A stretch of 64,000 nucleotides of DNA from PVC group bacterium (GTDB lineage Bacteria > Omnitrophota > Gorgyraeia > B26-G9), in the NCBI GenBank assembly GCA_024231215.1, contig JAAEQR010000072.1:193210-257209 (forward strand), read 5' to 3'. Positions within the stretch are counted from its first letter, which is position 1. The number at the start of each line of letters is the position of its first letter. The notes below the pieces were generated by a model, which did no database searches, had not been told where the DNA came from, and saw only the letters and a program-made list of their open reading frames with translations. A program made the translations under genes and the position numbers. This document shows, piece by piece, positions 1 to 10,281 of the stretch.

Positions 1-710
1 ATATTCTTTTTGAACGGATCCAGTTTTATTTCGATGTATTCAACATTAACTTGTTCTTGTGTCTTAAATTCTTCTTTATGTGTCTGATAGTAATTTGTTA
101 GATTTTCCTCGTTGTCTACAGATATTTGATCCAAATAACTAGTTGTTTGGATCAATACATAAGAGGCCGTTGCTTTTTCCTGATCGGTCACATAAGATTC
201 TTTAATTTCAGCATCATTTATTATGAGCGTATCTGTAATGTTTTCCATAAGTTTGTTTGTTAGTATTGAGCCTTGAATTCCTGCTTCAAACTCAGCTGTT
301 GTCTGGTTAAAGAGACGTGCAGTGAGCATTGTATAATTTTCAGAGTCAAGGTTGTTATAGCTAAATAGAGGTAAACTTTTAATATAAGTAAATAACTCTT
401 CTTTGCTGACTTTTATTTTTTTTTGCTTTGCTTCATGTAGAAGAATGAGTCTTGTCCAGGTTTGTTCTTCTAGATTGATGTATTTTTCAAGCTCATCACC
501 ATATTGCATCCAGGCATTATTTCTTACTGCTTGTTTTGCCTGTTGATATTTATCCCAAGGAACTTTTTCTCCAAAGAGTTCTCCTGCGTACCCTGAACGG
601 CGGTTTTTTACAGCGCTGCCTACGCCATAGAGAACAAAGGCTGGAACAATAAGTATCGCGATTCCCCACATTATTGTTTTAATGAATTTTCTTAAATGTT
701 TAAATATCAT
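1..710 (-). CDS. SurA/PpiD-type periplasmic chaperone, N-terminal part (runs off the window edge)
   Basis: Not in the ORF track. Manual translation from ATG at 710 with GGAGG SD gives MIFKHLRKFIKTIMWGIAILIVPAFVLYGVG..., an N-terminal TM anchor, then 'RLILLHEAKQKKIKVSKEEL' and 'EEFKTQEQVNVEYI' as in PpiD/SurA_N proteins. Confidence 0.75.
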   Translation of the reverse strand, partial: MIFKHLRKFIKTIMWGIAILIVPAFVLYGVGSAVKNRRSGYAGELFGEKVPWDKYQQAKQAVRNNAWMQYGDELEKYINLEEQTWTRLILLHEAKQKKIKVSKEELFTYIKSLPLFSYNNLDSENYTMLTARLFNQTTAEFEAGIQGSILTNKLMENITDTLIINDAEIKESYVTDQEKATASYVLIQTTSYLDQISVDNEENLTNYYQTHKEEFKTQEQVNVEYIEIKLDPFKKN

Positions 711-801
711 TTTTCCCTCCGTATTGAAATAAACTATTTAATAATAAATTATTATATGTCTTGAATTAGTATAACGAAAAATAACGGATTTTGCAAATAT
801 T

Positions 802-830
802 TTGACAAATAATAAGTTGTGTGCTACAGT
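802..830 (+). promoter_or_regulatory. sigma70-type promoter (TTGACA-17-TGcTACAGT), possibly giving a leaderless mRNA
   Basis: TTGACA at 802-807, extended -10 at 825-830, ATG at 838 with no SD. Confidence 0.55.
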
Positions 831-837
831 TCAAATT

Positions 838-1821
838 ATGCTCGACTTGAAAGTAAAAAACAGGATAAACAGCGCATTAAATTTCCAGGAATACGACAGG
901 GTTCCTGTTTGTGATTTTCTTCATAATAAGAAGATATTTTACTATTTTTCACACCAACACCACCCTACAATCGAAGACAAGGTAAAGGCCTATCACGGTC
1001 TAGGCATAGATATCTGTTGGCGATTTGAACGCAGGCAGACTCATCGTTTTGACAAGTTCTGGCATGCTTTAAAAAAATATACGGTACGACAGCATCGATT
1101 TCATGTTTTAAACAATGAAGAATTACAGACAGAAGTTGTTGATTTTAAAGAGCAGCAGAAACTATTTGAGCCGCATACTTATTTGGCAATGAGTGTCGAA
1201 GGCTGTCTGAGTGTGGCATATCGCAGCTTAGGCTTAAAAAACTTTTGCGAAAGAATGTATGTAGAACCAATTGAAATAGAGAGACTGATTGAAATATTCG
1301 CCGAGAACCTATATATTCGAGCGAGTGAATTTGCCCGCCAGGAGTTAGGGAATATCTTTTTTATTACCGATGACATCGCCTATGAAAAAGGGCTGATTTT
1401 TTCTACTAGTTTCTTGCAGCGCAATTGGCTGCCGCGTATTAAAAATGCTATTGCGCCTTTAAAAGAGAAAAATATAAAAGTCATTTTACATTCGGATGGA
1501 AATATAAGCGATATACTTGAAGACTTAATTGATGCGGGAATTGATGGTATTCATCCGGTAGATAGTATTTCAGGCATGGATATCGGGATATTAAAGAAGA
1601 CATATGCTAAGGGGTTGCTTTTGTTCGGGAATGTGGTATTTACCGGACAAGATGAAAAGGGTATAATTGAGCAAACCCAAAAATGTATTAAAAGTGCGTC
1701 TTACTCCGGAGGTCATTTTATTGGCTCCCGGGCTGGTATATATGACAATATAGAGTTTGCTACTGTTTTCGCCTTTTTTAATGCCATAAATGACTTTGGG
1801 CATTACTCGTCTGAGAAATAA
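838..1821 (+). CDS. Uroporphyrinogen decarboxylase (URO-D/MtaA-CmuA) family protein
   Basis: Motifs 'EYDRVPV', 'TDDIAYEKG', 'LHSDGNI', 'DAGIDGIHP', 'LFGNV', 'GGHFIG'. Start moved to ATG 838 because the track TTG start is the -35 box. Confidence 0.8.
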   Translation: MLDLKVKNRINSALNFQEYDRVPVCDFLHNKKIFYYFSHQHHPTIEDKVKAYHGLGIDICWRFERRQTHRFDKFWHALKKYTVRQHRFHVLNNEELQTEVVDFKEQQKLFEPHTYLAMSVEGCLSVAYRSLGLKNFCERMYVEPIEIERLIEIFAENLYIRASEFARQELGNIFFITDDIAYEKGLIFSTSFLQRNWLPRIKNAIAPLKEKNIKVILHSDGNISDILEDLIDAGIDGIHPVDSISGMDIGILKKTYAKGLLLFGNVVFTGQDEKGIIEQTQKCIKSASYSGGHFIGSRAGIYDNIEFATVFAFFNAINDFGHYSSEK

Positions 1822-1932
1822 AGAAAATCTTACCCCAGAATAATGATTATAACATGTTGCCAATAAACAAATTAAAAAGTTTGTAAAAATCATAAATAAG
1901 TGGTATACTTCTAGTAGGATAAGGGAGTTTTT

Positions 1933-2475
1933 ATGGATAATTTGCATGCACTTTATAAAACGTTTATAAAAGATGCTAAAAAATGCAAGTTATCCGTTTT
2001 TTTTATTGTTTTTCTCGTCGTAATGAGTCTTTGGCCGAGTTCTTCTGTAATAGCTGATCAGATTCCTTATATCGTCAATAAAGTAAGCCGGGAATATGAT
2101 ATATCCTCAGATTTTATTTATCGGGTTATTGAGGCAGAAAGCAGTTTTAATGCCCAGGCTGTGAGTAGATGTGATGCCAGGGGATTGATGCAGATAACCA
2201 GACCTACTTGGAATTGGATTTGTCGAGAATTTTTAGATGTAAACTGGGATTTTGATGTATATGCTTTTGACCCGGAAAAGAATATAATAGTTGGAACTAG
2301 GTTTTTGAAATGGATAGAGAAGTACTTGGAATCGAATAGAGAAAAGCTGAATGATTCTAAGGGGGATTTGATTCTTGCCTGTTATAATGCCGGCCCCGGA
2401 GCAGTAAGAACCCATGGTTTTAGGGTTCCACCCTTTCCTGAAACAATAAGCTATGTTAACAAAATCAACAAGTAA
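1933..2475 (+). CDS. Lytic transglycosylase, SLT domain
   Basis: N-terminal signal/anchor; 'EAESSFN' (catalytic Glu), 'ARGLMQI', 'LACYNAGPG', 'ETISYV'. Confidence 0.92.
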   Translation: MDNLHALYKTFIKDAKKCKLSVFFIVFLVVMSLWPSSSVIADQIPYIVNKVSREYDISSDFIYRVIEAESSFNAQAVSRCDARGLMQITRPTWNWICREFLDVNWDFDVYAFDPEKNIIVGTRFLKWIEKYLESNREKLNDSKGDLILACYNAGPGAVRTHGFRVPPFPETISYVNKINK

Positions 2476-2587
2476 CGATCAAAATACTCTTTTTTGCGTG
2501 CTCACGCCCTCGCCCGGCTGAAGTCCTTATATTGCCCGTAGGGCTGGCTCGGATGATTGCGCGCGTAAAAAAAGCATTTTGATCGTT
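2474..2587. repeat. ~114-bp imperfect palindromic element
   Basis: Arms aacgatcaaaatactcttttttgcgtgc and gcgcgtaaaaaaagcattttgatcgtt, with a GC-rich inner stem (agtccttat/gtagggct). Confidence 0.75.
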
Positions 2588-2719
2588 TTTTTTGTACTTC
2601 TTCAGTCTATAACTCATTCCTTACTAAAATTATAAAAAATATGTCGTTTTTATGTTATATTTGTGATAAAATCAAAAAGTGAGAAAAACATTGTATTTTT
2701 ATGCCCATTTTGTATAATA

Positions 2720-3388
2720 ATGAATCGAATAGGAATATTATATATAGTTGCAACGCCCATTGGTAATTTGAAAGATATTACTTTTAGAGCTGTGGAGGTA
2801 TTGTCTTCGGTTGATCGTATTGCATGTGAAGATACCCGTCGTACGCGAGTTTTGCTCCACCATTATAATATAAAAAAACCGCTTATAAGTTACTTTGAAT
2901 ATAATAAGCTAAAGAGGATCGATTCTATCCTACGGTCTTTGAAAGAAGGTAAAGACATAGCGTTGGTGAGTGATGCGGGAACTCCAGGTATATCCGATCC
3001 CGGAAGTAGTCTTATTAAACGGGTAATTGCTGAAGGAGTACGTGTGGAAGCAATTCCGGGTGCATCAGCTTCTTTAACTGCGCTGGTATCGTCTGGAGTG
3101 CCGATGCATAAATTTATATTTGAAGGATTTTTGCCAGCAAAGTCCGGAGCGCGTAAGAAGGCATTGGCGAATTTGAGTACGGAAAAGCGAACAATAATTT
3201 TCTACGAATCTCCGCACCGGCTTTTGCGTACACTTGAAGATATGAAAGAGGTTCTGGGCGATCGTGATATTGTTGTTGCCCGGGAATTAACAAAAAAATT
3301 TGAAGAAATACGCCGCGAAAATGTAGAAGAATCTATCAGCTATTTTAAACAAGTGAAACCTAAAGGTGAATTTGTAATTATAATGTAA
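2720..3388 (+). CDS. rsmI: 16S rRNA (cytidine1402-2'-O)-methyltransferase
   Basis: 'LYIVATPIGNLKDIT', 'CEDTR', 'VSDAGTPGISDPG', 'YESPHR', 'RELTKKFEE'. The exact start is uncertain. Confidence 0.95.
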   Translation: MNRIGILYIVATPIGNLKDITFRAVEVLSSVDRIACEDTRRTRVLLHHYNIKKPLISYFEYNKLKRIDSILRSLKEGKDIALVSDAGTPGISDPGSSLIKRVIAEGVRVEAIPGASASLTALVSSGVPMHKFIFEGFLPAKSGARKKALANLSTEKRTIIFYESPHRLLRTLEDMKEVLGDRDIVVARELTKKFEEIRRENVEESISYFKQVKPKGEFVIIM

Positions 3389-3431
3389 TTTAGTTAAAGC
3401 CCGATTTGGGTGAAAAAAAGGGGGCTCAATT

Positions 3432-3824
3432 ATGAGCGCGGATCATAAATTTGTTATTTTGTTGATGGAAGATGATGAAGTCTTACGTCGATACTTGGCG
3501 AAACTTCTTCGGGCAGATGAGTTTGACATTATTGAAACCGGAAGCGTTAAAGAGGCGATGGAGCATGTGAATACGCCGTTGGATCTGGTTGTAGCTGATT
3601 TGAAAATGCCGGATGATACTGCTATCGGATTCATGAAAAAAATTGCTCAAATGCAGATTGAAATTCCGGTGATTATTATAACGGCTTTTGGAGAATGGGA
3701 AACATATTTGGAGGCTTTAGACCTAGGGGTTTGTGATTATTTAAATAAGCCTATTGAATATACAGAATTAAAAGAAAAAATAGAGGGTGTAATCTCTAAA
3801 GATACTAAAAAGAAAGAAATATAA
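3432..3824 (+). CDS. Stand-alone response regulator receiver protein
   Basis: 'LMEDD', 'DLVVADLKMP', 'IIITAFG', 'YLNKP'. Confidence 0.9.
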   Translation: MSADHKFVILLMEDDEVLRRYLAKLLRADEFDIIETGSVKEAMEHVNTPLDLVVADLKMPDDTAIGFMKKIAQMQIEIPVIIITAFGEWETYLEALDLGVCDYLNKPIEYTELKEKIEGVISKDTKKKEI

Positions 3825-3834
3825 CATTTAATAT

Positions 3835-4440
3835 ATGAAGAAAATTGCTATATTTTGTTCTGGATTTGGATCCAATCTCCAGGCAGTTATAACCGCAGTC
3901 GAAAAGGGAAAAATAAAAGCAAAAATCTCGGTTGTTGTAAGCGATCAGATTGATTCATATGCTTTAGTCCGGGCTAAAAAAGCTGGTATCCCGATTCTTT
4001 ATGTAGATCCGCAGGCGTATAAAGACAGGCAGAGTTATGAGAGAGTAGTGGTTAACGCTTTAAGAGAAAAAAAAGTAGACTTTGTTGTTTTGGCTGGATT
4101 TATGCGGATTCTAACCCCATATTTTATTCGCCAATTTAAGGATAAAATAATTAATATACATCCTGCGTTATTGCCTTCTTTTAAAGGAATTCACGGGATA
4201 ACAGATGCATTGGAGTATGGGGTTAAGATTACCGGAGTGACTGTACATTTTATTGATGATAAACCTGATAACGGTCCGATAATTTTTCAAGGGGTTGTTA
4301 CAATAAGGCCCGAGGATAATGAGGAAACTTTGGCAAAGCGTATTCATAGACTTGAACACAGACTCTATCCGGAAGCAATACGATTGCTGGTAAAAGGAAA
4401 ATTGATTTTAAAAGGAAGGAAGGTTGAAATAAAAAAGTAA
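3835..4440 (+). CDS. purN: Phosphoribosylglycinamide formyltransferase
   Basis: 'SGFGSNLQA', 'LAGFMRIL', 'NIHPALLPSF', 'GVTVHF', 'DNGPII'. Confidence 0.96.
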   Translation: MKKIAIFCSGFGSNLQAVITAVEKGKIKAKISVVVSDQIDSYALVRAKKAGIPILYVDPQAYKDRQSYERVVVNALREKKVDFVVLAGFMRILTPYFIRQFKDKIINIHPALLPSFKGIHGITDALEYGVKITGVTVHFIDDKPDNGPIIFQGVVTIRPEDNEETLAKRIHRLEHRLYPEAIRLLVKGKLILKGRKVEIKK

Positions 4441-4441
4441 T

Positions 4442-5866
4442 ATGAAAAAAACCACACAGATTCGTTTCGGAACATCAGGGTGGCGGGCCATAATGGCTGA
4501 TGAGTTTACTTTTGATAATGTCCGTTTGGTAAGTCAGGCTATTGCTGATTATGTTAAATCCGAAAGTTCTTCACATAAAGTCATTGTTGGATATGATACT
4601 CGTTTCTTATCTGGAAGTTTTGCCAAAGCTTGTGCTCAGGTGCTTGCGGCAAATAAAATAAAGGTATTACTTACTGAGAGGGATACCCCCACGCCGGTTC
4701 TTGCATATCATGTTATTGATAAAAAGCTTGCGGGAGCTATAAATTTTACGGCAAGTCATAATCCTCCGGAGTATAATGGAATCAAATTTTCTTCACGTTA
4801 TGGCGGTCCGGCTCCTGAATCGGTAACTTCAGCAATTGAAAAAAGACTGGTTCAATTACAAACAACAGGGTGTATAGCTAAAAAGGGAAATTCGGAAAAT
4901 CCCCTTATAAATATATTTGACCCGAGTAAAGATTATATTAGTCGCATTAAAAAAATTATCGATTTGAAGCTTATTAAAAAAGCGCATTTAAAAATAGGCA
5001 TTGATTGTAAATATGGGACAAGCAGAGATTATATAGATAGAATTTTAAATGGCAGTTGTTCAAAGATGGTAGTGTTCAATAATACAATTAATCCGTTATT
5101 TGGCGGGTTTCCTCCTGAACCGGACAAGCCATATATAAAGCCGTTGATTGCGTTGATTAAAAAAGAGTGTTTTGATTTAGGTCTTGGTTGTGACGGAGAC
5201 GGCGACCGCTTTGGTATTGTTGATCGGGGCGGTATATTTATAACTCCGAATGAGGTTGTTACGCTTTTATTCTATTATCTCTTAAAGACTAGGAGTAGTA
5301 AGGCTAAAAAGGTAGCGCGTACTTTAGCTACAACTCACATGATTGATGCTATTGCGCGTAAAGAAGATATAGAGTTGGTAGAGACTCCGGTTGGCTTTAA
5401 ATATATCGGAGAAGCGTTGAGTAAAGGAGACTGTCTTATTGGAGGAGAAGAGTCCGGCGGACTTTCAATTATGGGTCATGTTCCGGAAAAAGATGGTATT
5501 TTGGCCTGTCTTTTGATTGCCGAGATGGTAGCTTCGGAAAAGAAATCCCTGATGGAAATACTGCGGTTGCTTTACCGTAAGTATGGATATTTCTATTCGG
5601 ATAGAATAAATCTGCATCTTGCTCCGAATCGAAAGAAGGCATTGCTTAACCGTTTACAGAAATTAAGCAGACAGAAGTCTTTTTTCGGAATGACAATAAA
5701 GAGCAAAGACTTAACTGACGGGTATAAATTCATTTTTGAACATAATTGCTGGTTAATGGTTAGGCCGTCGGGGACTGAGCCGATACTACGTTGTTATATG
5801 GAGGCAAGTTCTAAAAAGAAAGTACAAAATCTGAAAAGTTTGTTGAGGAAATATCTTCAGATATAA
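4442..5866 (+). CDS. Phosphoglucomutase/phosphomannomutase family protein
   Basis: 'FGTSGWR', 'TASHNP' (phospho-Ser), 'DGDGDR', 'GEESGG', 'RPSGTEP'. Confidence 0.95.
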   Translation: MKKTTQIRFGTSGWRAIMADEFTFDNVRLVSQAIADYVKSESSSHKVIVGYDTRFLSGSFAKACAQVLAANKIKVLLTERDTPTPVLAYHVIDKKLAGAINFTASHNPPEYNGIKFSSRYGGPAPESVTSAIEKRLVQLQTTGCIAKKGNSENPLINIFDPSKDYISRIKKIIDLKLIKKAHLKIGIDCKYGTSRDYIDRILNGSCSKMVVFNNTINPLFGGFPPEPDKPYIKPLIALIKKECFDLGLGCDGDGDRFGIVDRGGIFITPNEVVTLLFYYLLKTRSSKAKKVARTLATTHMIDAIARKEDIELVETPVGFKYIGEALSKGDCLIGGEESGGLSIMGHVPEKDGILACLLIAEMVASEKKSLMEILRLLYRKYGYFYSDRINLHLAPNRKKALLNRLQKLSRQKSFFGMTIKSKDLTDGYKFIFEHNCWLMVRPSGTEPILRCYMEASSKKKVQNLKSLLRKYLQI

Positions 5867-5874
5867 TTTATTGG

Positions 5875-5903
5875 TTGACTTTTAAAAATATTAGTTGTAT
5901 ATT
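5875..5903 (+). promoter_or_regulatory. sigma70-type promoter (TTGACT-17-TATATT)
   Basis: Near-consensus boxes with a 17-bp spacer, upstream of the GAGGAG SD and TTG at 5937. Confidence 0.5.
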
Positions 5904-5936
5904 TATGCTAGACTAAAAAGTAAGAGGAGTGTTTTT

Positions 5937-6815
5937 TTGAGAAAAATATTACTTTTTATTGTTATATGTGCTATATTTTCAACTTCACTGGTTTTTGCGG
6001 AAAAGCAAGATAAAGTAAAGTTGAAATATGAATTTAAAGTTGGGGATACTCTCAATTATAATCTAAAAGTTGACGGAAAAGTTGAAATTGAAATAAAACC
6101 GGCAACGGGTAGAAGTTTGCCTAAAAACACGGCAAAGATGCAAGGTTCTTTTTCATATATGCAGGAAGTTACAGAAGTTGATGATATAAGTGATACAGCC
6201 AAGATTCAGGTGTCCTATGGTAATGCAAATATGGATACAATTATTGGCGATCAGACAATTCCCAATGCAGAGGTGGCGGCTTTAAACGGTAAGGTTGCTT
6301 TATTAACTGTGGCAAAAGACGGTAAAGTGAAAAATTATGATATGCCGGACGGATTGCCGGCATCTTTTCAAGGTAGTGATTTTACTAGACTTTTTGTAGA
6401 ATTCCCGGAGCATGCATTGCGTAGGGGAGAAAGCTGGTTTAGACAATCTGAATCTTCAGAAGATGCACAGGAAAATATATCAGCCAAACATGTGACCAAT
6501 TCTAAATATACTTTCCTTACGGTTGAACAAAGAGGGGCGTATAGTTGTGCTAAGGTGCGGTTAGAGAGTGAGACTAGTTCTTATACGACTTCGAATAAGA
6601 ATGACCTTAGTTTGGAGGGTGTAATAAAAGGAAAGATTAGCGGGATCATTTACTATGATCTAGTCGGTGGATACGTTGTCTATTCTGAAGTGCATACAGC
6701 CTTGGATAATGAAATTGTAACTAAAGTAAATACGGAAACACCAGAAGCTGAGGCAACAGGTTCTATAACAACAATTCTTAATACGACATTACATACGATT
6801 ACAGAATTATTGTAA
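5937..6815 (+). CDS. Exported beta-rich hypothetical protein (paralog of 35239..36144)
   Basis: Signal peptide MRKILLFIVICAIFSTSLVFA. Shares 'DKVKLKY.FKVGD.L.Y', 'LFVEFPE', 'SKYT.L..E.RG.Y.CAKV.LE', 'IYYDL..GYVVY' and 'HT..ELL*' with 35239..36144. Confidence 0.8.
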   Translation: MRKILLFIVICAIFSTSLVFAEKQDKVKLKYEFKVGDTLNYNLKVDGKVEIEIKPATGRSLPKNTAKMQGSFSYMQEVTEVDDISDTAKIQVSYGNANMDTIIGDQTIPNAEVAALNGKVALLTVAKDGKVKNYDMPDGLPASFQGSDFTRLFVEFPEHALRRGESWFRQSESSEDAQENISAKHVTNSKYTFLTVEQRGAYSCAKVRLESETSSYTTSNKNDLSLEGVIKGKISGIIYYDLVGGYVVYSEVHTALDNEIVTKVNTETPEAEATGSITTILNTTLHTITELL

Positions 6816-6832
6816 CCATGTTAAAGAAATGA

Positions 6833-8146
<1,314 letters not shown>

Positions 8147-8155
8147 GAGAAAACC

Positions 8156-8434
8156 GTGAAAATGAATTTGAATTGGTGGAAGATAATTTTAGGGTTTGTG
8201 GTTATAGTTGCGATATTTTTTCCATCATATTCTAAGATTCAAAAGCTTAAATCTAAAGATGCTGATCTTTCTCAGGAGTTAGAACGCAAAAATAAGGAAA
8301 ATAAAGAATTATCGGAAGAAATTGAGATGTTAAAAACAGATCCTGTTTATATCGAAGAGGTTGCTAGAGATACACTCAAAGTTGCCCGGGAGAACGAAAT
8401 TGTTTTTAGAGTTGTTAATGATGAAGAAGAGTAG
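8156..8434 (+). CDS. ftsB: Septum formation initiator (FtsB/DivIC family)
   Basis: TM segment, coiled coil and 'IEEVARDTL'; canonical position after eno. Confidence 0.85.
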   Translation: MKMNLNWWKIILGFVVIVAIFFPSYSKIQKLKSKDADLSQELERKNKENKELSEEIEMLKTDPVYIEEVARDTLKVARENEIVFRVVNDEEE

Positions 8435-8436
8435 AT

Positions 8437-8769
8437 ATGGAAGAAAATAGTTTTAAAATCGGCGATTCAGTAGAAGCAGAAGTTACCAAAATTCATGCTT
8501 TTGGTGCAGTAGTAAAACTACCGAACAATAAACGGGGACTAATTCATATTTCACAGATTTCCGATGATTATGTTAAAAATATCAATGAGTATTTAAAAAT
8601 CGGTGACAAAGTAACAGCAAAAATAAAAAAGATTACCAGCGATGGAAAAATTGATCTAACGCTGAAGAAAAAAAAGAAAGTTGATATTCCAGTTTCTCGG
8701 GAGAAGGAGTTTAAAACTTGTGCTTTCGAGGAGAAACTGGATGCATTTTTAAAAAAGACAAAAGAATGA
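8437..8769 (+). CDS. S1 RNA-binding domain protein
   Basis: 'GDSVEAEVTKIHAFGAVV', 'GLIHISQIS', 'KIDLTLK'. Confidence 0.9.
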   Translation: MEENSFKIGDSVEAEVTKIHAFGAVVKLPNNKRGLIHISQISDDYVKNINEYLKIGDKVTAKIKKITSDGKIDLTLKKKKKVDIPVSREKEFKTCAFEEKLDAFLKKTKE

Positions 8770-8846
<77 letters not shown>

Positions 8847-9040
8847 AATTAATTGTATCTCCTTAAGTAGATTTGAACTAAAAGGGGATTTTAAGGGGAA
8901 AGATTGTTTCCCCTTATCGGAGTACTAGAACATCATTGCGGAGGGAAAGGGAATATTAAGGGGAAACTGTAAGAGTGTCCCCTTAAAGAGCGCATCCGCC
9001 TGTGGCGGAAAGCGATGTGAAATTCTGTCCCCCGCTACCA
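8847..9040 (+). mobile_element. ~190-bp tRNA-3'-end-flanked structured element (MITE-like or att remnant)
   Basis: 'tctgtcccccgctacca' (tRNA 3' end) recurs ending at 9040. The interior has two taagggga/tcccctta hairpins and a tccgcc-tgt-ggcgga palindrome. No integrase. Confidence 0.6.
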
Positions 9041-9050
9041 ATTTTTGTAA

Positions 9051-9070
9051 CGGCCGCAGATTTGCGGCCG
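9051..9070 (+). terminator. GC-rich hairpin, likely terminator/processing site after the tRNA unit
   Basis: cggccgca-gatt-tgcggccg; a T-run follows ~20 nt later. Confidence 0.4.
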
Positions 9071-9114
9071 CTACTCGAACCGCAAAAGGGGTTTTTTGAA
9101 ATCAGGAGTTTGTA

Positions 9115-10092
9115 TTGAAATTCGAAGAGATAATTGAAGTAAAACACTGGCAAAACATTCAAAACACCCTTTCCTCAATAGTCAATATTTCCCTCAGAAC
9201 GGTGAATGATTCAGGCGAGATAATTGTTCGTCCTTCAAATTCAGCGGCACTTTGTATGGATGTACTTACTGACTATCCCGAGGCAATAGAAGAATGTTGG
9301 CAGTGGTTTCCACAGCTTGCACAACAGATGAAAAGTTGCCAAGAGTCTAAATATTATCAAATACCTTGTCCTTTCGGGCTGGTGAATTTTGCTTTGCCGA
9401 TCAATATTGGTGCTGACCAGAGGATGAATCTTATTATTGGACCGGTTAATTTTGAAAATAGTATTGATGTATCAGTTGTTATAAACTCCTTGCAGAAATT
9501 GGGTATTAAAGATAAACGTACTCAGGAATGCTTTGACAAACTACCCAAAATTAGTTCTTCACAATTACAATATATTGTGAATTTTTTGCAGACGGTAATT
9601 CAGTTAATGAAACGGTTGAATATTTTTCGGCAGGATTCAGAGACCAAAGTTTTTACTTTGGAGAAAGAATCGATAAACTCTTTCTTGAAGATTTTTTTAG
9701 AATTGTCTATGAAACTTTGCGATGCTGAGTTTGGTTCTGTGATGGTTTTTGAAAAAAGCACACAGCAGTTGTCTATAAAAGAATCAAAGGGATTGAGTAA
9801 AGAAGTTGTAAATGAAACAAAAATTAAACCGGGAGAAGGCCTAGCTGGCTTAACAATTGAACGCCGGAAAGCACTTTTTCTTAATGACCAGCTAAAAGAT
9901 CGTGAGGCTCGGTTGCGCATGAACAAGCCGACGATTAAGTCAGCGTTTGTTATTCCGGTGTTTTACCATAAAGATATTCTAGGTGTAATCAGTGTTGCTA
10001 CAGCAAAACAGCCGAACAGATTTTCGGATCAGTTGATGGAATTACTGAATGAGCTGGTAGGGCTGGCCTTAGAGAGAGTTTCTATTAAGTAG
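9115..10092 (+). CDS. PocR ligand-binding domain + GAF domain protein
   Basis: PocR-like 'WQNIQNTLS', 'CPFGLVNFALPI...IIGPV'; GAF-like 'GSVMVFE', 'GEGLAG', 'SAFVIPV...ILGVISV', 'FSDQLMELL'. Confidence 0.75.
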   Translation: MKFEEIIEVKHWQNIQNTLSSIVNISLRTVNDSGEIIVRPSNSAALCMDVLTDYPEAIEECWQWFPQLAQQMKSCQESKYYQIPCPFGLVNFALPINIGADQRMNLIIGPVNFENSIDVSVVINSLQKLGIKDKRTQECFDKLPKISSSQLQYIVNFLQTVIQLMKRLNIFRQDSETKVFTLEKESINSFLKIFLELSMKLCDAEFGSVMVFEKSTQQLSIKESKGLSKEVVNETKIKPGEGLAGLTIERRKALFLNDQLKDREARLRMNKPTIKSAFVIPVFYHKDILGVISVATAKQPNRFSDQLMELLNELVGLALERVSIK

Positions 10093-10093
10093 T

Positions 10094-10170
10094 GGCGGTG
10101 TAGCTCAGCCTGGTAGAGCAAACGGCTCATACCCGTTATGTCAGTGGTTCAAATCCACTCGCCGCTACCA
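10094..10170 (+). tRNA. tRNA-Met (elongator, CAT)
   Basis: GGCGGTG/CGCCGCT acceptor, aacggctCATacccgtt anticodon arm, GGTTCAAATCC and CCA; resembles the Firmicutes-type elongator tRNA-Met. Confidence 0.93.
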
Positions 10171-10183
10171 TGTTTTACTTGAT

Positions 10184-10210
10184 AACACCACCATTTTCAT
10201 GGTGGTGTTT
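10184..10210 (+). terminator. Intrinsic terminator after tRNA-Met
   Basis: aacaccaccat-tttc-atggtggtgtt followed by T-rich sequence. Confidence 0.7.
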
Positions 10211-10281
10211 ACTTTTATGATTGTTTTCTTTTCTCTTTACTACTATCATATTATAGAGTTATAATATAAGCGGAAAACGAA

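Noticed and set aside
10094-10170. Second CAT tRNA as tRNA-Ile2 (tilS is nearby)
   Set aside because: The GGCGGTG acceptor and CATACCCG anticodon arm match elongator tRNA-Met rather than Ile2.
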